From a virus, in IMG/VR virus record IMGVR_UViG_3300035211_000050, positions 4,854-68,853 of that record: DNA of 64,000 nucleotides. One strand, 5' to 3'. Of the stretch, positions 18,500 through 26,578 are shown piece after piece. The notes below the pieces were generated by a model. That model searched no databases, was not told the origin of the DNA, and saw only the letters and a list, made by a program, of their open reading frames with translations. The position numbers were made by a program, and so were the translations under genes. Each line of letters opens with the position of its first letter. Position 1 is the first letter of the stretch.

Positions 18500-18591
18500 T
18501 AAAGAACGTCAAAAGCAGACCGATCTTTAAATAAGATCTTTTACATAAAGGGTAGTACATATTATTAACATTTAAAACAAGGAGATTTAAA

Positions 18592-19014
18592 ATGGGACTT
18601 ATTCCAAATCTGTCAGATATTCCTGACAAAAAGCCGGTAGAAGCTGGAGAGTATGATCTTAGAATCAGCAAAGCAAAAGAGACAAAATCAACTAAATCTG
18701 GCCGCTATGGTTGTCAGCTGATCATTGCGATTGATGGTGAAGACAATGCTTCTGATATCTTTCACACTCTATGGTATGGTAATTTCAAAGATTATCAAGG
18801 AGATGATCCAGAGAAGAGTAATACAATGTGGCGCATGGTAAAAGACTTTCTTCGCGCTGTCGGACTTGATCCGGAAGAAGAGACTGATGAATCAGATCTT
18901 ATTGGACTGGAATTTACAGCTGAGATAGGTTTTAATGACGGAATGGACACTGATGAAGATGGCAATCCTATCCAAGTTGGGCCACCAAAAAATGAGATCC
19001 TTCGGGTAGTATAG
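18592..19014 (+). CDS. DUF669-like ssDNA-binding protein
   Basis: PVEAGEYDLRI, SKSGRYG, acidic C-terminal part ending KNEILRVV. Confidence 0.7.
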   Translation: MGLIPNLSDIPDKKPVEAGEYDLRISKAKETKSTKSGRYGCQLIIAIDGEDNASDIFHTLWYGNFKDYQGDDPEKSNTMWRMVKDFLRAVGLDPEEETDESDLIGLEFTAEIGFNDGMDTDEDGNPIQVGPPKNEILRVV

Positions 19015-19026
19015 TAAAATTTTAAA

Positions 19027-19054
19027 ACTGGCTGTTCATTTTTGAACGTCAAGT
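19027..19054. promoter_or_regulatory. 28-bp palindromic site, copy 2 (actggctgttc attttt gaacgtcaagt)
   Basis: Same motif as 4125-4152. Confidence 0.75.
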
Positions 19055-19062
19055 AATTTTTG

Positions 19063-19211
19063 TTTGGCCTTGCGGAGCCATCTTAATATTAACTTTTTTT
19101 GTAGATTTAAAAGTTTACATACGAAAAACGGCAATGTATGAGTGAGTGTCTGATCAGATGGTAAGTAGCTTAACTGTTGGGAACTTGGAAGAGATTGCAA
19201 CAGAGGCCAAA
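19063..19211 (+). ncRNA. putative multi-way-junction structured RNA / leader
   Basis: tttggcct/aggccaaa encloses ccatct/agatgg, aactttt/aaaagtt, catac/gtatg and ctgttg/caacag. Confidence 0.45.
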
Positions 19212-19238
19212 TTTTATTTCAAAGAAAGGAGATTAAAA

Positions 19239-19385
19239 ATGAGAACATCCCTAGCTTTAATAGCCATTGCAGTTGTTAATAAAGTATTTGCTCTCACAGA
19301 TTTTCATCTTATTGTATTATGTATTCTACTTCTTTTTTGTATTATTTTTGATATTGTTGATTTTACTAAAACAATTGTAAATTAA
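19239..19385 (+). CDS. small two-TM membrane protein (48 aa)
   Basis: GAAAGGAG RBS before the ATG at 19239; two hydrophobic segments. Confidence 0.6.
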   Translation: MRTSLALIAIAVVNKVFALTDFHLIVLCILLLFCIIFDIVDFTKTIVN

Positions 19386-19402
19386 AAAGAAAGGGGATTA
19401 AG

Positions 19403-19708
19403 ATGAAACCTTGTGATTGTAAAGATAGTATTGATACAAATAAATTATCCGAACAAGGAATATCTATCAATGATTGGCATTTTTTAGTTAAACCAAATTC
19501 AGCAATTATTGCAAATCGAACAACAGAATTTCATATTCCTATGTCAATATTTAAAAGGTTTTCTGAATTTTATTTAACTGATCAATTGCCTATTTTTTAT
19601 ATTTGTAAATGTGGTCATGAGATAGAATTTAATAATAATATAAATATCGAACATTATCCTTGTCCAAAATGTAAAAGACGTGGCCAATGGATAAAACAAC
19701 CATTTTAA
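19403..19708 (+). CDS. Zn-ribbon protein
   Basis: CKCG...CPKC. Confidence 0.55.
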   Translation: MKPCDCKDSIDTNKLSEQGISINDWHFLVKPNSAIIANRTTEFHIPMSIFKRFSEFYLTDQLPIFYICKCGHEIEFNNNINIEHYPCPKCKRRGQWIKQPF

Positions 19709-19721
19709 TTAAAAGGTTATT

Positions 19722-19916
19722 ATGCTTTGTCCAAAATGTAACTCAAAATTAAAATGTTTCAATTCGAGACAGATAGATAATATTTCTCGTTTTAGAGAAT
19801 ACGCTTGCAATAATTGTGGAGTAACATACATTTCAAATGAAAAACTTGAGAAGACTGTGGGAAGGAAATTAGAAGAAATTCCAACCAGAGCAAAAAGAAA
19901 AAGGAAAATAAAATGA
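19722..19916 (+). CDS. NrdR-N/Ogr-like zinc-ribbon regulator
   Basis: MLCPKC...NSR...RFREYACNNCG.TY.S.E. Confidence 0.6.
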   Translation: MLCPKCNSKLKCFNSRQIDNISRFREYACNNCGVTYISNEKLEKTVGRKLEEIPTRAKRKRKIK

Positions 19917-20089
19917 TAATGCCATACGGAAAATTCAAAGGAAAAGACTTTACAGATATACCAAGTAGTTATCTCAAGTGGATTGCTGAAAATATTAGTG
20001 ATGAATATAAGAAAGAAGAATCTCTATGCCTGGCTGCTGATAAAGAATACCAGTTCAGGGAAAAGAATGGCATGCACTTTGAAGATTAA
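19913..20089 (+). CDS. DUF3820-like small protein (58 aa)
   Basis: Not in the ORF track; MPYGKFKGK...DIPSSYLKW motif. Confidence 0.7.
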   Translation: MIMPYGKFKGKDFTDIPSSYLKWIAENISDEYKKEESLCLAADKEYQFREKNGMHFED

Positions 20090-20091
20090 TT

Positions 20092-20316
20092 ATGGATATG
20101 TATCATATACAAGAAACATTTATTTATTGTTGTAAATGTAAGAAAGATATTGCTGTATCTAGAGTAACTGTTCCAGACGGGCAAGAATTTTTAAAATATA
20201 ATCCTCTTGCTAATGGTTGGCAAATTTTTACTTTTAAAGGTGTTTTACGTTACATATGTCCAAAACATTCTTTAAAAATACATATGACTATAGATAATGA
20301 GCTTTATAAGGACTAA
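20092..20316 (+). CDS. small Zn-binding protein
   Basis: CCKC...GW...ICPKH. Confidence 0.55.
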   Translation: MDMYHIQETFIYCCKCKKDIAVSRVTVPDGQEFLKYNPLANGWQIFTFKGVLRYICPKHSLKIHMTIDNELYKD

Positions 20317-20319
20317 CAA

Positions 20320-20520
20320 ATGAAAAGAAGAAGAAAATTATCTGAAGCACAGAAACTGGCAATGAACCGTAATACCAGTAAAGGTCAAATTATGTTTTCA
20401 ATAGGAAGTTTAACACATATTCTATCTCATGGCCACATAACTAAAGATGAAGCTGAAAAGTTAAAAGTTGTTAAAGATTTCTTACAACAAATAATTAAAG
20501 AATGGAAACCGACAATATGA
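20320..20520 (+). CDS. hypothetical phage protein
   Basis: AAGGA RBS. Confidence 0.55.
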   Translation: MKRRRKLSEAQKLAMNRNTSKGQIMFSIGSLTHILSHGHITKDEAEKLKVVKDFLQQIIKEWKPTI

Positions 20521-20762
20521 TTAGATTTACTGAAAATTTATGGTATACATTTCATAAGAATCCACCATTTTATGAGGCTAAAATGATATCAGATATTCTT
20601 ATTCTTTATGGTCCTGGTAATGATGTAAAGCATTCTAATATTGTATGGGCTAGTAACAGATTAACACATTTTATGGATACTAAATTAAAAACTGTACGAA
20701 AAAAGTTATTTAAAAATATAAAAGATGAAGTTATACAATATAAGGAGAATAAAAATGAATAA
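20502..20762 (+). CDS. hypothetical phage protein
   Basis: ORF in gene run. Confidence 0.5.
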   Translation: METDNMIRFTENLWYTFHKNPPFYEAKMISDILILYGPGNDVKHSNIVWASNRLTHFMDTKLKTVRKKLFKNIKDEVIQYKENKNE

Positions 20763-21375
20763 TTCTTATTGGGGAAATAATCAATTAGTTCCAACTACAG
20801 GAGAACCAAAGCAGAATAAAGAAATTATGATTCATGAACCAGCAATTATGCGTCAAGTTAATAATCGTATATATTTTTATGCTGAAATAGATCGGGCAAA
20901 TATTTTACAATTAAATCAAGCTATTCGAGATCAAAGTCATCAATTACAACATATGGCTAAAATAGAAGGAAGAGATCCTTCCCCAATATTTTTACATATC
21001 AATAGTTATGGTGGAAGTATTTTTCATGGATTGGCTGCTATGGATGAAATTCTTAATTGTGGAATTAATGTTATTACAATAATTGATGGATGTTGTGCAA
21101 GTGCTGGAACATTTTTAAGTATTGTTGGAAAGAAAAGATTTATAAATAAACATGCCTTTATGCTTATACATCAACTTTCATCATTTATGTGGGGTAAATA
21201 TGAAGAATTTAAAGATGAAATGACTAACCAAGAAAGATTAATGAAAATGATAAAAGATATATATAATGAATATACAAAAGTCCCTGAAGAAAAATTAGAA
21301 GAGATATTAAAACATGATTTATGGTTTGATGCAGAAACATGCCTTAAATATTCATTAGTAGATAAAATTATTTAA
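20755..21375 (+). CDS. clpP: ClpP-family serine protease
   Basis: INSYGGS, CASAG (Ser), MLIHQ (His), DLWF (Asp); start at the ATG at 20755 after AAGGAG. Confidence 0.85.
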   Translation: MNNSYWGNNQLVPTTGEPKQNKEIMIHEPAIMRQVNNRIYFYAEIDRANILQLNQAIRDQSHQLQHMAKIEGRDPSPIFLHINSYGGSIFHGLAAMDEILNCGINVITIIDGCCASAGTFLSIVGKKRFINKHAFMLIHQLSSFMWGKYEEFKDEMTNQERLMKMIKDIYNEYTKVPEEKLEEILKHDLWFDAETCLKYSLVDKII

Positions 21376-21385
21376 GAGGAATAAT

Positions 21386-21568
21386 ATGAATATTCCAAAA
21401 AGAAAACAAGAACATGATTTTCCTGATGCCTTCAGTTATGAGGCTTACATAGATGAACTCTATTTAGAATTACAGGCAGTTAAATTTGCTATACTAAAAT
21501 TCTGTAGCGAGCCTAGAAGAGATGAATTAATTTCACAATTCATGAAAAGATTTAAGGAGAAATTATAA
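21386..21568 (+). CDS. hypothetical phage protein
   Basis: GAGGA RBS. Confidence 0.55.
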   Translation: MNIPKRKQEHDFPDAFSYEAYIDELYLELQAVKFAILKFCSEPRRDELISQFMKRFKEKL

Positions 21569-22098
21569 TGATAATTTTATTAGATTTAGACGGTGTAATA
21601 ATAGATCTTGTTAAAGGCGTTTGTGAATGGTTTAATGTTCCCCATGAGCCTGAAAAAGTAACTCATTGGGATGCTTTTCCTGAAATTACAAATACAACTT
21701 CTGAAGAATTTTGGAGCAGTATAAAAATGCCTAACTTCTGGGAAGGTTTAGAATTTTATCCTGATGCAAAGAACTTCATTAGTGAATTACAAAAACATGG
21801 CAAAGTAGTTCTATGCACATCTCCTGCTTATGGCTGTGCTGGATATAAGCAGAACTGGATTCAAAAGAACTTGCCTGAATTTTTCTATTCAGGTGATTAT
21901 ATAATTACTCCTAATAAAGAAAATTGTGCTCATCAGAATACCTTATTAATTGATGATTCAGATAATAATTGTAAAAAGTTTCGTCATGCAGGAGGCCATA
22001 CTTTATTATATCCACAACCTTGGAATGATGATAGAAAGACTAAAGTTAATAAAAATGATCTTATTTTAAGTGAGTTAAAATATGACTTCAACTTTTAG
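21568..22098 (+). CDS. HAD-family 5'(3')-deoxyribonucleotidase-like protein
   Basis: LDLDGV, CTSP, K..WI, LLIDD, PWN. Confidence 0.85.
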   Translation: MIILLDLDGVIIDLVKGVCEWFNVPHEPEKVTHWDAFPEITNTTSEEFWSSIKMPNFWEGLEFYPDAKNFISELQKHGKVVLCTSPAYGCAGYKQNWIQKNLPEFFYSGDYIITPNKENCAHQNTLLIDDSDNNCKKFRHAGGHTLLYPQPWNDDRKTKVNKNDLILSELKYDFNF

Positions 22099-22348
22099 CA
22101 ATGAAAATAAAACATTAACTATAGAAGTTCTTCAAGAAGCAATAAAGAAACTTGACCAGACTAAAAGACCTTTCTTTATGTACTCGACATTTTGTCCAAT
22201 AGATAAAGTTATTAAAAGTAAGAAATTAGATCAAGAGGCTGAGAGGTTTATGTCAAGTTTTAATTCAAAATTTCATGAGTTACTTATAATACATCCAAAA
22301 TGGAAAGAATATTTAGAAAAAAGATTTAAAGGATTATATGATGACTAA
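22082..22348 (+). CDS. hypothetical phage protein
   Basis: ORF overlapping its neighbours. Confidence 0.5.
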   Translation: MTSTFSNENKTLTIEVLQEAIKKLDQTKRPFFMYSTFCPIDKVIKSKKLDQEAERFMSSFNSKFHELLIIHPKWKEYLEKRFKGLYDD

Positions 22349-23045
22349 AACATCTTTAGGAAATAGAATGAAAGAAAATTACGAATATAGTTGTCAATCT
22401 AAATTACTTCGACGAGTACCTGTAATTATTCGTTTAGATGGCAAAGCTTTTCATACATTTACAAAAAATTGCATTAAACCTTTTGATGATTTTTTACGTG
22501 AAGCAATGGAACAAACTACCATAAAATTATGTAAAGAAATTCAAGGAGCTAAATGTGGTTATGTACAATCAGATGAAATATCTATTTTATTAACTGATTT
22601 TGATCGACTAAATACCAATGCTTGGTTTGATTATAATATACAAAAAATAGTTTCTATTAGTGCAAGCATGACATCTACAAAATTTAATGCTTTTTATAAT
22701 ACTGGCTCTAATTTAGCTCTCTTTGATTCAAGAGCTTTTAATATACCAAAAGAAGAAACTTGCAACTACTTCATTTGGAGACAGCAAGACTGGATAAGAA
22801 ATTCACTTCAAATGCTTGCAAGAGAATACTATTCTCATAAAGAGTTATACCAGAAAAAGACTTCTGATATTCATGAAATGTTACATGAAAAGAATATAAA
22901 TTGGAATAATATTGCTGATAAATGGAAAAATGGTAGTTTTATTTTTTATCATAATCATGACCTTAAGTGGAAAATTAGACATGATATTATTTTTACTCAA
23001 GATAGATTTAGTATTGAGCAGTTCAATATTCCTATAGAGGATTAA
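22338..23045 (+). CDS. Thg1-like tRNA(His) guanylyltransferase / 3'-5' polymerase
   Basis: IIRLDGKAFHTFT, YVQSDEIS, FDSRAF, YFIWRQQD. Confidence 0.92.
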   Translation: MMTKTSLGNRMKENYEYSCQSKLLRRVPVIIRLDGKAFHTFTKNCIKPFDDFLREAMEQTTIKLCKEIQGAKCGYVQSDEISILLTDFDRLNTNAWFDYNIQKIVSISASMTSTKFNAFYNTGSNLALFDSRAFNIPKEETCNYFIWRQQDWIRNSLQMLAREYYSHKELYQKKTSDIHEMLHEKNINWNNIADKWKNGSFIFYHNHDLKWKIRHDIIFTQDRFSIEQFNIPIED

Positions 23046-23050
23046 TTATA

Positions 23051-24034
23051 ATGACTAAAGAAGAGTTGATTCAAAAAATAACTGAAGCAAATATAGCCTA
23101 TTCATCTGGCATTCCATTCATGACGGATTCAGAATATGATGTTTTGTGGCAAGAGCTTTATGTAATAGATCCAACTAATGATCTTTTATATCATACAGCG
23201 AAGAATACATATGCCGGCGGTTCCATGATTAAACATAAGTACCAAGTATTTGGAACTCAAAAAGCATTCAACATGGACGATTTAAAACCATTCTTAATAC
23301 GTTTTGGAGATCAGCCAATTGTTATCGAACCAAAATATGATGGTTGCGCTGCAGTAATGACTCTAACAAAGAATGGCTGGCTTCTAGTCAAGGAAGGTGA
23401 TGGAAAATTTGGTGAAGATATATCTCATTTACTTCCAATAATTAAAGAACCTTTTGAAGTAAGACATTTTCAAACAGTTGAATTATTAATTCCTTGGGAA
23501 GATTGGGATTCATCTTTTGGTGCAAATCCTCGTAATGTAGTAGCAGGCTGGTTAGCCCGTAAATATGAAGCACCACCAATAAAGATTACTTCAGTGCCAC
23601 ATAACTTTGGTCCATTAAGTGAGACTTATAATTACGATGGAGATCTAGATTCATTAAGTGAAAAACTATTAACTCTTTTTGCTGAATGGAATAAGATTTA
23701 TCCAATGGATGGCTTAATGCTAAAACCATTAGACGAGCAAACCAGATTAATCGCTAGCAATAATGGTCAAGTTAATAATTGGTCAATCGCTTGGAAGCCA
23801 CCAATACAAACCAAGTGGACAACTGTAACTGATATTGAATGGAACGTGTCACGTTTAGGCCGAGTTATTCCTACAATAATTTATGACCCTATCGAATTAT
23901 GTGGCACTACAAATAGTCGAGTCACTGGAAATAATGCCTTATGGATAGTTGAAAGGCAAATAAAAATTGGGAGCAAAATCTTAGTTGGTAAAGCAGGAGA
24001 AATTATACCTAAAATTCTTGATGTAAAAAACTAA
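23051..24034 (+). CDS. ligA: NAD-dependent DNA ligase, N-terminal part (Ia, adenylation, OB domains)
   Basis: AYSSG...MTDSEYD, EPKYDG, DGLMLK, IAWK, VSRLGRVIP, KAGEIIP. Confidence 0.88.
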   Translation: MTKEELIQKITEANIAYSSGIPFMTDSEYDVLWQELYVIDPTNDLLYHTAKNTYAGGSMIKHKYQVFGTQKAFNMDDLKPFLIRFGDQPIVIEPKYDGCAAVMTLTKNGWLLVKEGDGKFGEDISHLLPIIKEPFEVRHFQTVELLIPWEDWDSSFGANPRNVVAGWLARKYEAPPIKITSVPHNFGPLSETYNYDGDLDSLSEKLLTLFAEWNKIYPMDGLMLKPLDEQTRLIASNNGQVNNWSIAWKPPIQTKWTTVTDIEWNVSRLGRVIPTIIYDPIELCGTTNSRVTGNNALWIVERQIKIGSKILVGKAGEIIPKILDVKN

Positions 24035-24201
24035 TGGTTTTGAATAACATCAGTTTATATGGATTTTTGGCTTTGCCCGGACGGTTTGTAAAAATCGTTT
24101 TTATGGGGCCTAGCGTGGCCGTGGTTGGACGTAACCGGATTATGCGTGTATCTGTACGGACGTTTTTTTTGACGTCACCACGTCAATATTTTTGAACCAT
24201 T
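24033..24201 (+). other. GC-rich, G/T-skewed structured intergenic element (candidate single-strand origin or RNA)
   Basis: Several hairpins, a GTAA tetraloop, ggcc-TAGCGT-ggcc, enclosing aatggtt/aaccatt. Confidence 0.45.
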
Positions 24202-24213
24202 GAGGAGTAATAA

Positions 24214-24705
24214 ATGTATGATATAAGAAAATTTAAAACATTTTCAATATTTAAAGAAAAATTCTTATCAAAAATACCAAAAGAATATTTTACAAAAGAA
24301 TATGAAGATAAATGTTGGCTTTGGAAAGGTGGAGGACATTCTGCGGGCTATGGTAGAGTTTATTGGGATGATAAAAGATATTTTGCACATCAAATTTCTT
24401 ATATCATTTTTAATGGAATAATTCCAGATGGTAAAGTTATCAGACATACTTGTAATAATCCTATTTGTATAAATCCTAAACATTTAATTTTAGGTTATAA
24501 ATATGAAAACTCTATTGATATGGTTAAAGCAAATAGACAAGCTCATCAAAGGTTAAATGAAGAGGCTGTCAAAGTTATTAAATGGATGTTGAAATATAAA
24601 TATAAAAAAGGATTAGGAAATAAATTAGCAAAGTTATATAACGTAAAACGAAACACTATTTCAAATATTAAAAATAATCATAGTTGGGCATGGCTAAAAG
24701 TATAA
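24214..24705 (+). mobile_element. free-standing HNH homing endonuclease with C-terminal HTH
   Basis: CWLWKG..GYG..AHQISY..IRHTCNNPICINPKHL..EN; GAGGAG RBS. Confidence 0.85.
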
Positions 24706-24721
24706 ATAAAAGGTAATTTAA

Positions 24722-25492
24722 ATGGAAAATTTAACGCCAAAAAATTGTCCAAAATGTAATGAACCTCTTGAATGGGAAGGAGTTCATCTCATATGTCATG
24801 GAGAGAAATGTATTTCTAAAATCATAACATCTATTCATTATTTCTATACTGATAAAGGAATAATGATAGATGGTATAGGACCTATGGTAATTGAAAAGTT
24901 ATTGCAAAATGACAAAATTTATAAAGTTCTTTCAGTTAAACCATGGGCATTACTCGATCCACTTGCTTATAATATCACTATAGAAGCATATAATATATTA
25001 GGAAGAAAGACATATGATCATATAATGGATGGTATTAAGCAAACATATGGAACAAAAACTATGGTAAACTTTATAGCTGGCTTAGGCTTGCCAGGTTTAG
25101 GTTATAAAAATGCTTTACGTCTTTGCCAGTATATTAAGACAGGTAAGTTAAATTATCACGTACCTTTGAAGGCTAGAGAAAGCTTTCTTGAAGCAGTAGT
25201 TGCTTTTAATGATGCATCAGGTGAAATGAAAAATTTCTCTTTCGCTCCAATACCTTCACCTGCTAAAGCCATTTATTGTATTACAGGAACTCTATCAATG
25301 TCACGAAATGAAATGGTAGAATTCTTATCTAAATATGATTATGAGTTTACACCTCACATGAATAAAGAAACAAATTATCTGATCGTTGGTGAAGATCCAG
25401 GTAATATAAAAATAAAGTTTGCAGAGAAATATAATATTCCACAAATAACAGAAGAACAATTTATGAAACTTTTGGACAAGGAAATGAAATGA
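24722..25492 (+). CDS. ligA: NAD-dependent DNA ligase, C-terminal part (Zn finger, HhH, BRCT)
   Basis: CPKC..L..C..C, IDGIG, LGLPGLG, YCITGTLS..R..YLIVGEDPG..K. Confidence 0.85.
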   Translation: MENLTPKNCPKCNEPLEWEGVHLICHGEKCISKIITSIHYFYTDKGIMIDGIGPMVIEKLLQNDKIYKVLSVKPWALLDPLAYNITIEAYNILGRKTYDHIMDGIKQTYGTKTMVNFIAGLGLPGLGYKNALRLCQYIKTGKLNYHVPLKARESFLEAVVAFNDASGEMKNFSFAPIPSPAKAIYCITGTLSMSRNEMVEFLSKYDYEFTPHMNKETNYLIVGEDPGNIKIKFAEKYNIPQITEEQFMKLLDKEMK

Positions 25493-25714
25493 AATTATTT
25501 TTAAAAAGAACAATTGCTATAGATCATTTATTTATACCTAAAATAATTTCTTATATAGCTTTATATAAATTTTCAAATGCATGTGGTTGGTGTTTTTGGA
25601 CTCATTTAATATCAATTTTGAAATATAATAATACTTTTCTTTTTATGTTATTTCCTGCATGGAATACTCCTTTATGGGTATGGGAGATAAATTTATGAAA
25701 CTTTTGGACAAGGA
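25458..25714 (+). repeat. 25-nt exact direct repeat aatttatgaaacttttggacaagga (25458-25482 and 25690-25714) flanking a small ORF
   Basis: Exact match of the ligase 3' end. Confidence 0.85.
25489..25698 (+). CDS. small hydrophobic inserted cargo ORF
   Basis: Very AT-rich; bounded by the 25-nt repeat. Confidence 0.5.
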   Translation: MKLFLKRTIAIDHLFIPKIISYIALYKFSNACGWCFWTHLISILKYNNTFLFMLFPAWNTPLWVWEINL

Positions 25715-25723
25715 GATTTAACA

Positions 25724-25933
25724 ATGACAACTGAAAACTGTAATAGTAAGATTACTGCCAGAATAGATGATCATACTTATGAAGTAGTAATGGGGCATTT
25801 CCATCATGGGCAGCAAACTTTATTCTTAAGAAAGCTTTTTGATTCCATAAAAAAGTTAATTGAGCAGGATAAATTTGGTGAGGTTGCAGACTATCTTTAT
25901 AAAGAAACTGATCTGACTTTACCTGGCAAATAA
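25724..25933 (+). CDS. small RHH-like protein
   Basis: SKITARIDD strand-helix start; AAGGAG RBS. Confidence 0.5.
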   Translation: MTTENCNSKITARIDDHTYEVVMGHFHHGQQTLFLRKLFDSIKKLIEQDKFGEVADYLYKETDLTLPGK

Positions 25934-25949
25934 ATGAAAGGAATATCTT

Positions 25950-26237
25950 ATGCCATTAATGGATCGTATATACTGCAAGTCATTTCTTGAAATGAATTAT
26001 CTTGAACAATCAAGATTAATTGATAAAGTTCGGACTATCAGAAGCTCTGCTTTGAATGCTGCAAAAGTATCAGCTCAAAAGATTACTAAGTCAGCAATGA
26101 AGAATATCTCTAAACACAGTGGTACTAAACGTGGAAAGAAGATGATGAAAGATCCTACTAAAGCAGCAAAGAAGGCACTGGCTAAATTAACTCCAGATCA
26201 AATAGCAGCAATAACTAAAAAGTTAAAAGGATTATAA
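25950..26237 (+). CDS. basic hypothetical protein with C-terminal AL..LTP motif
   Basis: AAGGA RBS; DPTKAAKKALAKLTPDQI. Confidence 0.6.
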   Translation: MPLMDRIYCKSFLEMNYLEQSRLIDKVRTIRSSALNAAKVSAQKITKSAMKNISKHSGTKRGKKMMKDPTKAAKKALAKLTPDQIAAITKKLKGL

Positions 26238-26238
26238 A

Positions 26239-26520
26239 ATGCTTACTCCGGCTAATTATTCTAAATTAAATTTTATTGAAAAAGCTAATTTACGTAAAGC
26301 ATATATAGTAGAACAGAAAAGACTGTGTTGGTATTGTAAGCATAATATACATAAGCCAGCGCCAGATTTTATAATGGAGAAACCAATCAATAAGAAACTA
26401 TTTCCAGAAAACTTTTTTAATTCACCAATTCATTTACATCATGATCATGAGACAGGCAAAACAATTGGTGCTGTCCATTGTCATTGTAATGCAGTATTAT
26501 GGCAGTTTGAAGGAAAGTAA
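26239..26520 (+). CDS. endonuclease VII-like (His-Me finger) protein
   Basis: Q..LCWYC...HLHHDHETGK..GAVH..CN. Confidence 0.7.
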   Translation: MLTPANYSKLNFIEKANLRKAYIVEQKRLCWYCKHNIHKPAPDFIMEKPINKKLFPENFFNSPIHLHHDHETGKTIGAVHCHCNAVLWQFEGK

Positions 26521-26578
26521 ATTATGGAATATCCAAAATGGAATACAAAGTTTAAAACAAAATAAAAGGAGCTAAATT

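Noticed and set aside
18492-18513. Sixth palindrome copy (gttc-ttaataaa-gaacgtcaaa); also gttca-N8-tgaac near 55563
   Set aside because: Spacer is longer than in the five accepted copies and the left flank does not match; at most a half-site.
19660-19741. 15-nt repeat ttgtccaaaatgtaa (also near 24745)
   Set aside because: Explained by CPKC zinc-knuckle codons under AT bias.
24027-24725. Active group I intron in the ligase gene (a P1-like AAAACU/GGUUUU pairing with a U-G pair exists at the first stop)
   Set aside because: No canonical P7/J8-7 sequences. Only 16 nt follow the HNH stop, an in-frame TAA precedes the downstream ATG, and joining at the nearest phase-compatible G creates a stop. 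The C-terminal half has its own RBS.
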